Positions 48,377 through 59,600 of a stretch of DNA of 64,000 nucleotides are shown here, piece after piece (positions within the stretch are counted from its first letter, which is position 1; every line of letters begins with the position of its first letter). A program made the position numbers and the translations under genes. The stretch spans positions 434,001 through 498,000 of the forward strand of contig JAUPSS010000009.1 in NCBI GenBank assembly GCA_040285825.1, written 5' to 3'. The DNA comes from Eukaryota sp. TZLM1-RC. Lineage: Eukaryota > Protista > Metamonada: BaSk clade. Under the pieces are notes generated by a model. That model was not told the DNA's origin. It did no database searches and was given only the letters and a program-made list of their open reading frames with translations.

Positions 48377-48919
48377 ATGCGTCCACTCTCTGAAGATGAG
48401 ACTCGTACAATGTTTGAAAAACTTGCCAAGTACATAGGGGAAAACCTTAAGCATCTTATAGAGAGATCAGATGGCATGTATTGCTTTCGTCTCCATGAAA
48501 ACAGGGTTTACTACTTCAACGAGTCTCTTCTCAAAGCATCAGCATCCATTAACCGCAAACAACTACTATCAATAGGTACGTGTATCGGCAAATTCACACA
48601 TTCTGGTCGATTCAACCTCGTTATAACTTGTTTAGAATACATTGCCCCCCACGCTCTCCACAAGGTGTGGGTAAAGCCTAGCTCTGAACTGTCTTATCTC
48701 TATGGTAACAATGTTTTGAAGTCTGGTTTGGGTAGAATTACAGAAAATACTCCGAAATATGCTGGTGTTGTTATATTCTCAATGTCTGACATCCCGTTAG
48801 GTTTTGGTGTTGCTGCAAGATCTACCATTGAATGTAGACGTGCTGACCCTGAAACTATTGTTGTGTTTCATCAAGCTGATGTCGGGGAATATCTTCGAGA
48901 AGAGAATGAGTTGATATAG
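48377..48919 (+). CDS. NIP7: 60S ribosome biogenesis factor NIP7
   Basis: [21 protein letters not shown] domain, [12 protein letters not shown]. Confidence 0.97.
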   Translation: MRPLSEDETRTMFEKLAKYIGENLKHLIERSDGMYCFRLHENRVYYFNESLLKASASINRKQLLSIGTCIGKFTHSGRFNLVITCLEYIAPHALHKVWVKPSSELSYLYGNNVLKSGLGRITENTPKYAGVVIFSMSDIPLGFGVAARSTIECRRADPETIVVFHQADVGEYLREENELI

Positions 48920-49989
48920 GTTGTTTCATTTAGTTTTTTTCAATATTGATTAGTTTTTGTAGAAGTGATATTTAGTAATTAAAACAGTATTTTAATTATT
49001 TAAATTTATTTATTTTTATTTATTTTTATTTGATTCCGAACCTATGCTCTAGTAAATCTCACTGCAGCCTTATTTTTTTTGAAAAATTAATACATTTACC
49101 ACTTCATTATTCTAAATACATTTCTATGATCTAGTATTCTGAGATACTCAGTTTGGAGCATTTTTGACTGATTACTGATTCGAAAGCAGTTGATTTTATA
49201 TAAAACTTGATAATAAATAGATAAAACATTGGTGAATTCCGTAAAGAATTCAGTACAACTCCTAAGCAGTTTTTCAAAAAAAATCCATGTTTACAATCTA
49301 AACTGATACCATCACAATGAGCTTATTGTATAGTTGAGATTCTCTTATTATATATTGAGACGATCTTTGGTTGGCTTTTTATTCAAAGTTATTAAATTGA
49401 CCTCCTGGAGCCTCCAGTTGAAGGGTCCCATTAATTATTTAACTAATTAATTGCCTTGTTTCAACTATGATCATATTTGTTACACTTTTAAAAAACTTAT
49501 TGTAATAAAATTCTGAAATGATAAATTGTGAGAATTTCACAATCAACATAATATAGTGGAAATTCTCACAGAATATGTTAAAACTGTCTAAGAACATGTT
49601 TCAAAGAAGAAAATCTTTATTATTTGTTAATCAAAAAGTGATCAATTACTTGACATTGCAAAGACGTGATCAAAATCTAATTTTGATTATTCGTAATCGT
49701 TTTATTGATATTGAATTGATAATACGCAACAAACAATACCCTAATAGGCTTGAAATGGCAAAATTGTTGTTTAATTGTGGGAAGAGAGAACGCTGTTGAA
49801 AAATGATGAAAGTGCCAACATTGGAAGCCAAGAAAACATGCATGAATCATCTATTTACGACCTGTTTGTGAATAACCGTCGTCTGTAAGAATACTCCAAT
49901 GATAGATATTCTCTGATAAAAATGTTTGCTAGAAAAATCTTCTTCCAAAAACAATTAAAAGACATCCATTCTAGTGCATATTATATAGA

Positions 49990-52059
49990 ATGGAAGAATT
50001 GGACCTGTCAAAAGGTGATACTCCGGTGCCACAACGGCCAACAAACAGAGCTGAACTACTCAAGCAAAGACATCAACTTAATGTTCAGCTATCTTCTCCA
50101 CGACAGCCTACTTCTGCCAGACAATCTGTGTCAGATGATGTTCTGCTACAGTCTCTTCTCACTTCCCTACGAGATACCTCTTCTCATTGGTTTAACCGTC
50201 TCACAGCCCTCCGTAAGCTCCAATCATTGCTCAAATCTTCCTCAATCGATGTACAGTCTCAATCCCAGTCCCTCTTTGACGTTGTTCTTCTTCAGTTTCA
50301 GGAGAACCGTCATTCACTAACTCAATCTGCTTTACTTACCCTCAACACTCTTTCTGACGTTCTCAAACAGTCCTTCCTACCCATAATAACTCCTCATCTC
50401 TCCTCCATCATTGCTTTATGCCGAAGCACTGATGCTGAGTCAGTGGTTTCCAATGCTGCACTCACCATCAAAAATGTTATTCAATCATGCTCTCTGAACC
50501 GCCAAGTACTGGATGCTCTTATCCACACCATCACCAACAATGATGTTCCTGCAGCTTGTAATGCTTGTTCACAGGCTTTGGTGTGCGGAATACGGAAGGG
50601 GATTGATTCGGAATTGATTGATGTTTTGATTGATTGGTTACGTCATGATTTTGAGCTGATTGAACAGTGTAGTTATAGAAAACCAATATACACAACACTC
50701 GTTGATTCGGGTCTTTGGAAGTCTTCTGAAAACGACGAAGGATCAAAAATGTCACCTGCTGATAGTAACATTGATCTTGCATTGGACCAGACTGAACCAA
50801 TGGAACCTTGTACCCCTCAACCTACTGTCCTTCAGCCCTTGGAGGTAGAGAAGGTGGATAAGAGTGGGGGTGGTAATGATGATTTGAATACGGGAGAGGA
50901 GAGGGCGGAAGAAACCGAGAGCAAGGTTTTGGAGATTCCTGTGGAAAAAGAAGAAGTTCCAGAAACAGTTCAAAATCAAATAGAGAATGTTTCAGAAGTC
51001 AAGCTGAATTCTGAACCTTTAGCTACCAATATTACATCAACAGAGGAAAGTGACAGCTCTAACAATAACCAAAAATACATTGATGAGCTTGAAAAAAGAA
51101 TTGAGCTTCAAGATTTACTTTCTCAGTATGAAGTAGCCTTTAATAATTTAATAGACAACCAAAATGAACTCGTTGCCACCAGTATGAGATCGTTATTAAT
51201 AGAAAATGGAGAGTTGAATTCTAAGTACGATGAACTTGAACTTTCTTTTAAGCAGCTTTCATTAAGATATGAAGAATTAAAACGACTTGTTGTCAATCTA
51301 AAAAAGAACGAACAAATACTACAATCAAGGCTAGCGGAAACAACAAACCATAAAGAAGCTTTAGATTCCAAGTACACTCATTTAAAAGAAAAAGCAGAAG
51401 CAGCTCTTGAAGAAGCAAAGAAGAGCACAGAGGTGTACAGGCAGAGAGAAGCAGTTTTGAAGGGGAAGGTTGGTGAGTTGGAGGTGTTGGTAGCTCAAAA
51501 AGATGAGGAAATCACTAGACTTCAAAAGAATATGTCTGGTTTTGAAAAGAAAATTAAGAATTTGACCTCTCAAAATGAAGAATTATCAAATGGTAAGAAT
51601 GATCTCGAACTAGAACTCACCAAGCTCAAAAGTCTCACACAATCAGCTCAAAATGATTTGAAAAATGCAGACTCACGTGTACAGGCAGCTGAAGCAAAAG
51701 TTGCTGCTGAAGTTGCTAAAACTAACGCCGCTCAAGATCAAGTTTCTGTTCTTGAAGGGAAAGTTTCCGTTTTAGAAAGTCAATTGCAGTCACAAATGGA
51801 AGATCTGTCTTCAGCAAAAACATTACAAGATGAGAATGCCCGTCTTAAAGGTAGATTATACGATTCGATGGAAAAAATCAAAGAATTAGAAAGTCGAGCA
51901 ATTGATTCTTCGCCTGTTACCAGTTCTTTAGAGGAACAACTTGCTGAAAAGGAGGCTGAATGTCAGCAGTTGTTTGTAATGTGTGAGAATATTGTAAAAG
52001 AGATGGAAGAAGTTACGGCTAAGAATAAGCAGCTTGAGGAACAATTAAAAACAAGTTAG
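49990..52059 (+). CDS. TOG/CLASP-N-like HEAT domain plus TACC-like C-terminal coiled coil
   Basis: W.NRLTAL..L, ENRHSLTQSALLTL HEAT repeats; SFKQLSLRYE..KKNEQ.L..KYTHLKEKAE and K..E..QL..MCE.I TACC signatures. Confidence 0.7.
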   Translation: MEELDLSKGDTPVPQRPTNRAELLKQRHQLNVQLSSPRQPTSARQSVSDDVLLQSLLTSLRDTSSHWFNRLTALRKLQSLLKSSSIDVQSQSQSLFDVVLLQFQENRHSLTQSALLTLNTLSDVLKQSFLPIITPHLSSIIALCRSTDAESVVSNAALTIKNVIQSCSLNRQVLDALIHTITNNDVPAACNACSQALVCGIRKGIDSELIDVLIDWLRHDFELIEQCSYRKPIYTTLVDSGLWKSSENDEGSKMSPADSNIDLALDQTEPMEPCTPQPTVLQPLEVEKVDKSGGGNDDLNTGEERAEETESKVLEIPVEKEEVPETVQNQIENVSEVKLNSEPLATNITSTEESDSSNNNQKYIDELEKRIELQDLLSQYEVAFNNLIDNQNELVATSMRSLLIENGELNSKYDELELSFKQLSLRYEELKRLVVNLKKNEQILQSRLAETTNHKEALDSKYTHLKEKAEAALEEAKKSTEVYRQREAVLKGKVGELEVLVAQKDEEITRLQKNMSGFEKKIKNLTSQNEELSNGKNDLELELTKLKSLTQSAQNDLKNADSRVQAAEAKVAAEVAKTNAAQDQVSVLEGKVSVLESQLQSQMEDLSSAKTLQDENARLKGRLYDSMEKIKELESRAIDSSPVTSSLEEQLAEKEAECQQLFVMCENIVKEMEEVTAKNKQLEEQLKTS

Positions 52060-52296
52060 TGTAACAAATAAATCTTTAATATATATATATATATAACTAT
52101 TGCCTAATTGAGCTTATTGCGGACCTCATTTGATCACAAACTGAGTCTTTATGAGCGTTGAAACTAGATTTATTTTTGAAAATATGCTGAATCAAGGAAA
52201 ACTGTAAAGTACAACCAAACTAAAAACTTTAAATAAATTTACAAAAAAGAATAGAATTACAAAAGGAAAAACAGCACCTTACAATTATTGAAAAAA

Positions 52297-52806
52297 TTAC
52301 CTTTGCGAGCTATAAACATTAACTAAATGAGCAGCAAACTTTGCCAAAATCACATTCTTAACAGAAGATAGTTCTTCAGGTTGGGGTTCAGCTACTCTAT
52401 GAACGGTAATGTCCAAATCTCTAGCCCATTTCGTCAGGTCCCTCTCAATGGTATGGTTTACCTCACTCTTGGTGGCCACTATGCAGGAGGTACAGTGAGG
52501 AGGAAGCGAGGTGTACAGAAGCTTGCAACGGTCTAGAGATTGTCGGTTGGAGAGATCTGTGAAGATGATAACAAAACAGGGATTCTCGAGTAGTGGGGCA
52601 TAATACTTGTTGTAAGCAAGATGGCCTGGAGTATCATGGATCAGAAACTCAATCTTAATGTGTTGTTCTGACGGTAGAGTAAATGAAGTGAAGGAGCAAG
52701 TGGTTGATGTGGTAGGTACGTAGTCAGAGGGTTCACCATTGTAAAAGACTGTCTTACCAGTGTAATCAGCACCAAGGAGGACCACCTTGGCACGTATTGT
52801 AACCAT
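52297..52806 (-). CDS. Divergent small GTPase, IFT27/RABL4-like
   Basis: MVTIRAKVVLLG..GKT, DY.PT, EFLIHDTPG, ATKSE; no prenylation motif. Confidence 0.6.
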   Translation of the reverse strand: MVTIRAKVVLLGADYTGKTVFYNGEPSDYVPTTSTTCSFTSFTLPSEQHIKIEFLIHDTPGHLAYNKYYAPLLENPCFVIIFTDLSNRQSLDRCKLLYTSLPPHCTSCIVATKSEVNHTIERDLTKWARDLDITVHRVAEPQPEELSSVKNVILAKFAAHLVNVYSSQR

Positions 52807-53774
52807 TGAATAATGAATGTTTATCTTAATTTCGATTCTTATTTGGATTTAATCAATTATCGCGTATTAAAAACAAGGAGCAACCATCAATTCTCCCCAT
52901 CAATTTGGTTTCTCACAATGTCTCATCAATTCATGAAAATTAATTCCATCATCAATTTTCTAGAAAGAGTAACAATGTTTCTTGTAACTAAAACAACAAA
53001 ATCCAATACTATTCCATTCAGTGGTATTGTGGTCAAGATTGTCAAAATTTGATTTGGTCTATTGTATGATAGAAGAGTTATCCTATTTGAAAGTTTGTTA
53101 CTGTGACTATTCGAAGATGAAGTTACTCTGAACGTGGTGATTTGTTGGAGTTCATATTATTGTTTATTACTACCAAGCAAACCTTAAAAAAATAAGAACA
53201 GTACTAAATCAAAGATTTTAAGGTTGGCGTCTTGTAATACAAATATATAGTGGTTGTCTTGAACGTTTTGCTTAATACAAATCTCCTTGTATGATCAACC
53301 CAGTATTTGACAAATGCTGGAGGAAGTGATGAAAACCCTTTTGCAGATCAAAATTTGTTTCTAGTCTCTAATTAAAAGTGATAAATAAAAGCAGTAATTC
53401 ATTGACAAATCAAAAGCCCAGTAGCTTGAAATGACTGAAACTACCAAACTTATGTTTCTATTCTCAGTAGAACTAACCATTAGTTGTTCAAAATCCAGAG
53501 ACAATGATATTCAAAGGGCTACTTTGCAACAACAAAGAAAGCCTATACAAGTCATCAAAGGTAAAGCCACAGTAGTACCAGAATTGGTGCAACAGCAAGG
53601 CTATACAAATGGTGTTGTACAGATGCAAAAGGAAACCTGACAGTAGTGTGTGAACCAGGACGACTGACACAATTACTAGTAGGATAGATTGTTTATGAAA
53701 GCTGTTGTACCAATAGAACAATCGAAAGAACGACCAGTTTAGAAAGAACAAAAAACAATGATATTTTATTGATG

Positions 53775-54620
53775 CTATACCAACTCATCGTCACCATCAC
53801 CATCAAGCATGTTGATAGGAAGTAAAACATCTTCATCAATTTCAGCTCTAACATGTGACCCCCACCCACTGACACAATTTGTATTGAATTGTCGTTGACC
53901 AACGGGAAAAAGATCGTAAAATGAGTCTTCCCATTGATTCAGAAACTCCAAACAATCTTCTTGATTTATGGAGTTTTCATATTCCATAACCATTATAAAC
54001 TTATTGCCCACTTCTTCTAGAAATAGGGACTGTGGGACATTATACAACCAGGGTAGAGGAAATGTTCTAGTGGGCGAGATGGTGTTGAGTGCCACAATAA
54101 TCGGTATTGTAGCATTGTGGACAGTTTCAGCTTCATCTACTGGTAGATAAGCAATGTTGAAATCTTCAAACAAATAACCGTGAGAATCCTCAATGTTAGT
54201 GAAATCATACCGTAACAGACCCAACTCTTCTGGGTCATTGTTGGTGATGTGTATTGCTGGGTCCTTAATAGTGAACGAAGTAACGGCGGCCACTATGTGC
54301 TCTTTAGTCATTCCAGACTCAATGTGTACATTTTGGAGCCGTTCAAGAATGGATGAGTCAAGTTCCTTCATCACATAAGAATAATCTTGAAGACTGTTTG
54401 AGTAGGGTAAAGTGAGATTAGTCTTACAAGGTATGTAGGAGATCATTGGTGGTAATAACGCGTAATAAGAGTTATCGTACGCCAAAGACAAAATATCAAA
54501 ACCAGTAGGCAAACTACCAAGGTTGGCATCGGATGGTAGACTCCATATAGCAGAGTCAACATCCACAGCGTCTGCCAAGACAGCAGGGAAGTGTTCAATA
54601 AACTGTGTCTTCAAGGTCAT
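53775..54620 (-). CDS. Hypothetical acidic protein
   Basis: 281-aa ORF with ATG start and coding-like composition. Confidence 0.6.
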   Translation of the reverse strand: MTLKTQFIEHFPAVLADAVDVDSAIWSLPSDANLGSLPTGFDILSLAYDNSYYALLPPMISYIPCKTNLTLPYSNSLQDYSYVMKELDSSILERLQNVHIESGMTKEHIVAAVTSFTIKDPAIHITNNDPEELGLLRYDFTNIEDSHGYLFEDFNIAYLPVDEAETVHNATIPIIVALNTISPTRTFPLPWLYNVPQSLFLEEVGNKFIMVMEYENSINQEDCLEFLNQWEDSFYDLFPVGQRQFNTNCVSGWGSHVRAEIDEDVLLPINMLDGDGDDELV

Positions 54621-56157
54621 AGTAGTAGTGGTGGAGCAGGGAAAGTCAAAATTTAATCAGTTAATATAATTATTATATTATAATATATTATTTGTGTTTA
54701 TAAAAAAAATTTATTTTATGTGTAATTACAAAACAAAACAAAACAAAGTCACATAAGAAACAAAATTATCCACATCAACTATTGAAGAATCCTTGGTTCT
54801 ACTTTGCTCTGTTTGTTACTGAAATGGTAACACTTAAACAATATTGATCTATATTTATATTGTTTTTACTATTTTATGTTTACAGATGTTGATTTCAAAA
54901 GAATCTGAACACAGTTTACCTTCTGAGTTGTTGAACATGGCAACCACAACTTGTGGCCCATCTGAAAAGTGAGAGTCAGATGAGACATATGACTATTTGC
55001 TGTAAAATGGGATCAAACAGTATCCCTCTGAAACCGAGTGATTTTTACATGATTAAAGTTCTAGCCACTTTATCATGCCTGACATCCATATTCTTTTGGC
55101 TTTAGCATTGAGTTGTAATAGTTTATCTCTCCGTAGCACCAGATAGCAGACTGATATTCACCAGTGATTAATGATTATACAACGATGAAGTACTGAAGGA
55201 TTAATTCATACGAAGTTATGACCAAAATTTGAATAGAAGCAAAATCTCTATGTGGTAATTTCAAGAAGTTTGTGCACACTATTATCTTCATATTCTTGAA
55301 CTAACTTGCTACACATTTTTCAAACCCGTTTCTCATTTTTGATAAAAATGTTGCTGATCAGGTTTGAGACAAACAAATAAAACTATAATTTATTCTATTC
55401 AAGATTTATTTATTAAGAGTTCGAAACCAAAAATGCTTTAAACTAATTTTTCTTCATTTTTTTGTGTGGCGTTGATTTGAACTGAGGAAGATAAAATCGA
55501 ATTAAAGTTGAACGTGAAAAACTATGATTGAAAATAGAAAATTTTTCCTTAAACAGAGCACCTATTATTAAGGGGTTTTTAGGCCCTCTTTATTTTTGTT
55601 GAGCTCTTTACGAAACTTTGGATGTCATCAAGCATAATGATACTTCCCTTTAAAATGTTGCTTCCATGGATGTTATCTCGCTCGTCGGTTCATTTCATTT
55701 ATGCAATCAGTTGCTCAAAAAATTGCAAATTCACCCCAAAATTTTGATTTTCATTTAAAAGCGAATAAATGTTCTCCAATTTACCATTCTTCCTACAACC
55801 CTGTTGTTAATGAATTGGATGTACCATTCTCAAATTCAGGAAATGATTGCTGGTTAGGTAATTTGTCTCGAATATCAATTGAATTACAAGGTATTCTGTA
55901 GAAAATGCAAATTAAACTTGATTTATTTTCTTTAGATTACAATAAGTTTATCATATTTTTCGTACTGTAAATTTGTGTTGCTGAAAGCACAATCCCTATT
56001 TTGAGAACGCATGCTCTTTCCATAACACCAGATTTTCGTCAATCCTTTAATTCATTGAGAAAAGAATTCTATTTTTTTCGTGGATGTGGATCCAGAAATG
56101 TTAAATAATCATCATTTTTGTCCAGCAAATTGAGCAGGTGTTGGCTCTACAATGGCT

Positions 56158-56210
56158 ATATTGTTTTGGGAGAGATGGATTATTTAGATGTTGATTTATA
56201 GGTTCTTTGA
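56158..56210 (+). mobile_element. ~50-bp 3'-terminal non-LTR micro-insertion
   Basis: gttttgggagagatggattatttagatgttgatttataggtt matches the reverse complement of 36305-36347. Confidence 0.7.
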
Positions 56211-56618
56211 TAGATTTATTTGAATTAGTAGAAGTGAGTAAAATCCGCACATTAATGAGTGTGATTGAATTTTCAAAAACTCTTACTGTTACTGACAGCC
56301 AACAATAGATTCTTTATCTTATTTGTTCTTGCTTGAAATGTACTGTAATTATTTAAAACACAATTGATAAATTTGTTCAACAACTGTTTAGGTCTTCTGT
56401 GATTGCTTAGGATTCATCCATCACTCTTCCATTTTAGAAGAATAACTTCCACAACTGAGTAGGTATGGGTGAATGACTTCAAAAATGGGGTTCCAATATA
56501 ACCAATTAACCAATGAATGATTAAAGAAAATTATTGATTGTCGATATGTCAATCAAGGTTTAAAAGAAAAACTGAAGATTAAATTTTATATTTATTAAAC
56601 AAAAATACAGGCAAAAGA

Positions 56619-59600
56619 CTAATCCAACGTAAGATAAGTCAGTAGTGATAAAGCTGGAACTTGCCGCAAAACTTGAATGGGGACAACGGATAAGATTAAT
56701 TGATTGAAACGTTGCTCAATCAAAATCTTTTTCACCACCCATTTTTTTAATATTAGAAAACAAACAAATAAAACTAATAGTGCAATAACAAATATCGTAA
56801 ACCTCATTGTTTCCATAGATTCTAAACTATTGTTATGAAATTGGTGAATTGTTTCAGTTAATTCATTCAAGTTATCGAAAAAGTCAAGAGCTAATTGACT
56901 AACATCAAAGAAAGTTTCGTGGGCTAAATTGGTTTGAAACAGGTGAAAATTTGACTGAAAATCAGAGAAATGTTGAAAATTTCGTTGAATCAATTCAGCA
57001 GGAAGGCCAACGATTTCTACTCCATCTACGACACCACCAACCAACAACGATTCTTGTGCATTAATCAACCTGTTCAGAGAAAGAGTTTTAGCTTCAATGG
57101 AGTGAATATCGTCAGCAAAAGATGCAGAGTAAGAATTACTGGCTTCAACTGCCATGACATTAAGAGCTAACATCGACTTGGAATAATTCGAAAATGCTTT
57201 TGACGAATTGAAAGAAAAAACACCAACCAATGCAAATGCAATAATCAATAAAAACGCCAGGATAAAAGAGGTTAACTTTACCTTCTTGAGTGACAAAACA
57301 TTTACCGCAAATCTCCACATAGAAAATGCAGGTTTCACATAATTATCAGGATATAACGACCTTGAACAAAGATAGAAAAACAACAAAAAGGGAGTACCGC
57401 TCAATGAGAGTAACATTATCATTTGAAATAAATTAAATGAAAATATAGTGGAAAAAGAATCATATATCAGAGGTATTTGAAGGGACAAATGGCTGCAAAT
57501 ACTGGAGATTTCAAATAAAATCTTGTCCAGCAGATATGTTATGGATTCTGAACTAATAACCTCAATCATGAGCTTCTGCTTGTCATCAGTTGACAAATTG
57601 AGATCAGAGTCAGCAGATGTCAGGAGAAGTGAATTTTCTGGAATATTCAAATAATGTGGAATTTTAGAGAAATCATAATCAATTTCTAATTTTTGGAATT
57701 TTTCTAAATGTGAAGAAATGAAAGTTTCAGCTCTCAGAAAAGAGCTCACAATTAATTGAGTAGAAAGGTAATAAAAACTGTCCTGAATTGTTTGAATTTT
57801 TGCAGTAACTAGTTCAAAAAGACCAAAAACATCAGGATTTTCCAAGACTTCTTGTGAAAAGTCAGGTGAATTGATTAAACTTTCAGCTGATTTTTGAGCT
57901 GAATTATGAGCTTCTATCACGTCATCAACTAGGCCAGAATGCAGGTCCCGATTAACATACAATCGAGAATAAAATGCCAAATCTGAAACATCTCGAGAAA
58001 AATCATTTAAATTTTGGATAAGTGAATGTACTTCTGCAATATTTGAATTTTTAAGAGGACACGTGGCCAGTACCCGACTTTGATTGAACGTCAAAAGTAT
58101 TCCAAGAGAAAATACAATACTGAGAATTAAACCTAAAATCGAGATAAAGCGCTGATGACGATACTGTTTCCTAATCAATTTTGATTGATTGACGTGCACA
58201 CAGGCAGGTCCTATTTTTAGCAAGGGTAATAATTTTGTAAAATGCCTGAAGACATGGAAAAAGGCAAATAGAAATCCTATTGTGAGAACAACCAAGAAAA
58301 ATTGAATAAAAACAAATCTGGTGATGTGTGATTGACACGTGTCATCGACTGTAGAGTCGTAGGAAGTCAAGAGAAGGTCAAAAGTGTCAGAAAGAGAGTC
58401 TATGATTGTATTAAACTCCAGTAGAAACTTATCATCAGTAACCAAACCTTCAATCAAATTTGATAGGTCTTCGGTATTCTTACTGGAATCTGATTGAAGG
58501 TCAGAATAAGTGGGTCGATGAGGAAACTGAATCAAATCTCGTGTGTAGTGGGGCTCAGTGGTGACGTTATACTCGAAATTTTCAAATTTTGAGTAGATTG
58601 AGCCAAAATTTCCAAAGTCAAGGCTGGTCAATGTATTAATGACCTCCTCATCAATCAAATATTGACTAAGCAAGACTGCAACTTTGCACGTGTGCTGAGC
58701 TGTCACCCAGGATTCAAGAGACTTCCGGAGACCCACTGGCAACTGATTAGAGACAGGGTCCGAAACTAAATGACTTCCAGCAAAGCTGATTGATCTCTTC
58801 ATTCGGGTAAGTAGTGATCTTTGCTCAAAAAATTGATGAAAGTCGTCTAAATAATGAGGAGTAATTGTAATGTTTCTAGTCAACAGCAGCAGATACCCCT
58901 GAGGACCCAAAATAGAGGATCGTAATGTATTGGCAAAAACATTAAACTCAGATAATGAGGCTTCCTTATATAAAATATGATTAAGAGGCTTGGAACTTTG
59001 GGGAAGGTACGTTTCAGGAACCAAACCAATTCTATTAGTAGGATCCACTCCATAATTAGAGAAATCAGAAAATAAATGTTGTTTTGAATAGAAATTGGAG
59101 AAGGAGAATAATAAAACAGTCGTTGAAATGAGCAAAACAACTACAATCAAAAGCAAAAGTTTGGTTGATTTCCGAACTTTTTTAATTCCAGAGCTCTTCA
59201 AAAGACTCATTTCACACTTGGAGAGATACTCAGTGTAGGCTGGATCATTATTAGCAAGCTCATCAATAACAAACCCTCCTTCCCCACTGCCTGCCCAATG
59301 GTCTATTAAATCAACAGAAGCAGGGCCAATGTAGCTACTTGACTCGTTTCCCAAAGATTCTTCAAACTCGGAAAACTTTACTGTTGATTGAAATTCTCTG
59401 CCATCTTGTGAGGTATCCACCCCATCTTCAGGAACCTTTGCCAGATCCATGGCGATCGACTTACCGCCAGGCAGGGAGACAAGAGCTTGTTTGTAGCGGG
59501 AAGCAAGGAGTTCGACAATAACAGAGGGGAGTTCATTGGAGAGAGTATGGAAAATTTCATTTCGAGTAATATTGACAACTTTTTGCGACGTGATGATGTA

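Noticed and set aside
53400-53774. Possible downstream exon or TM extension of the 53775-54620 gene
   Set aside because: No convincing splice sites, and stops occur in all frames
54900-55200. Minus-strand RHDKVARTL motif suggesting another non-LTR clade
   Set aside because: A single short motif in heavily degraded sequence; insufficient support
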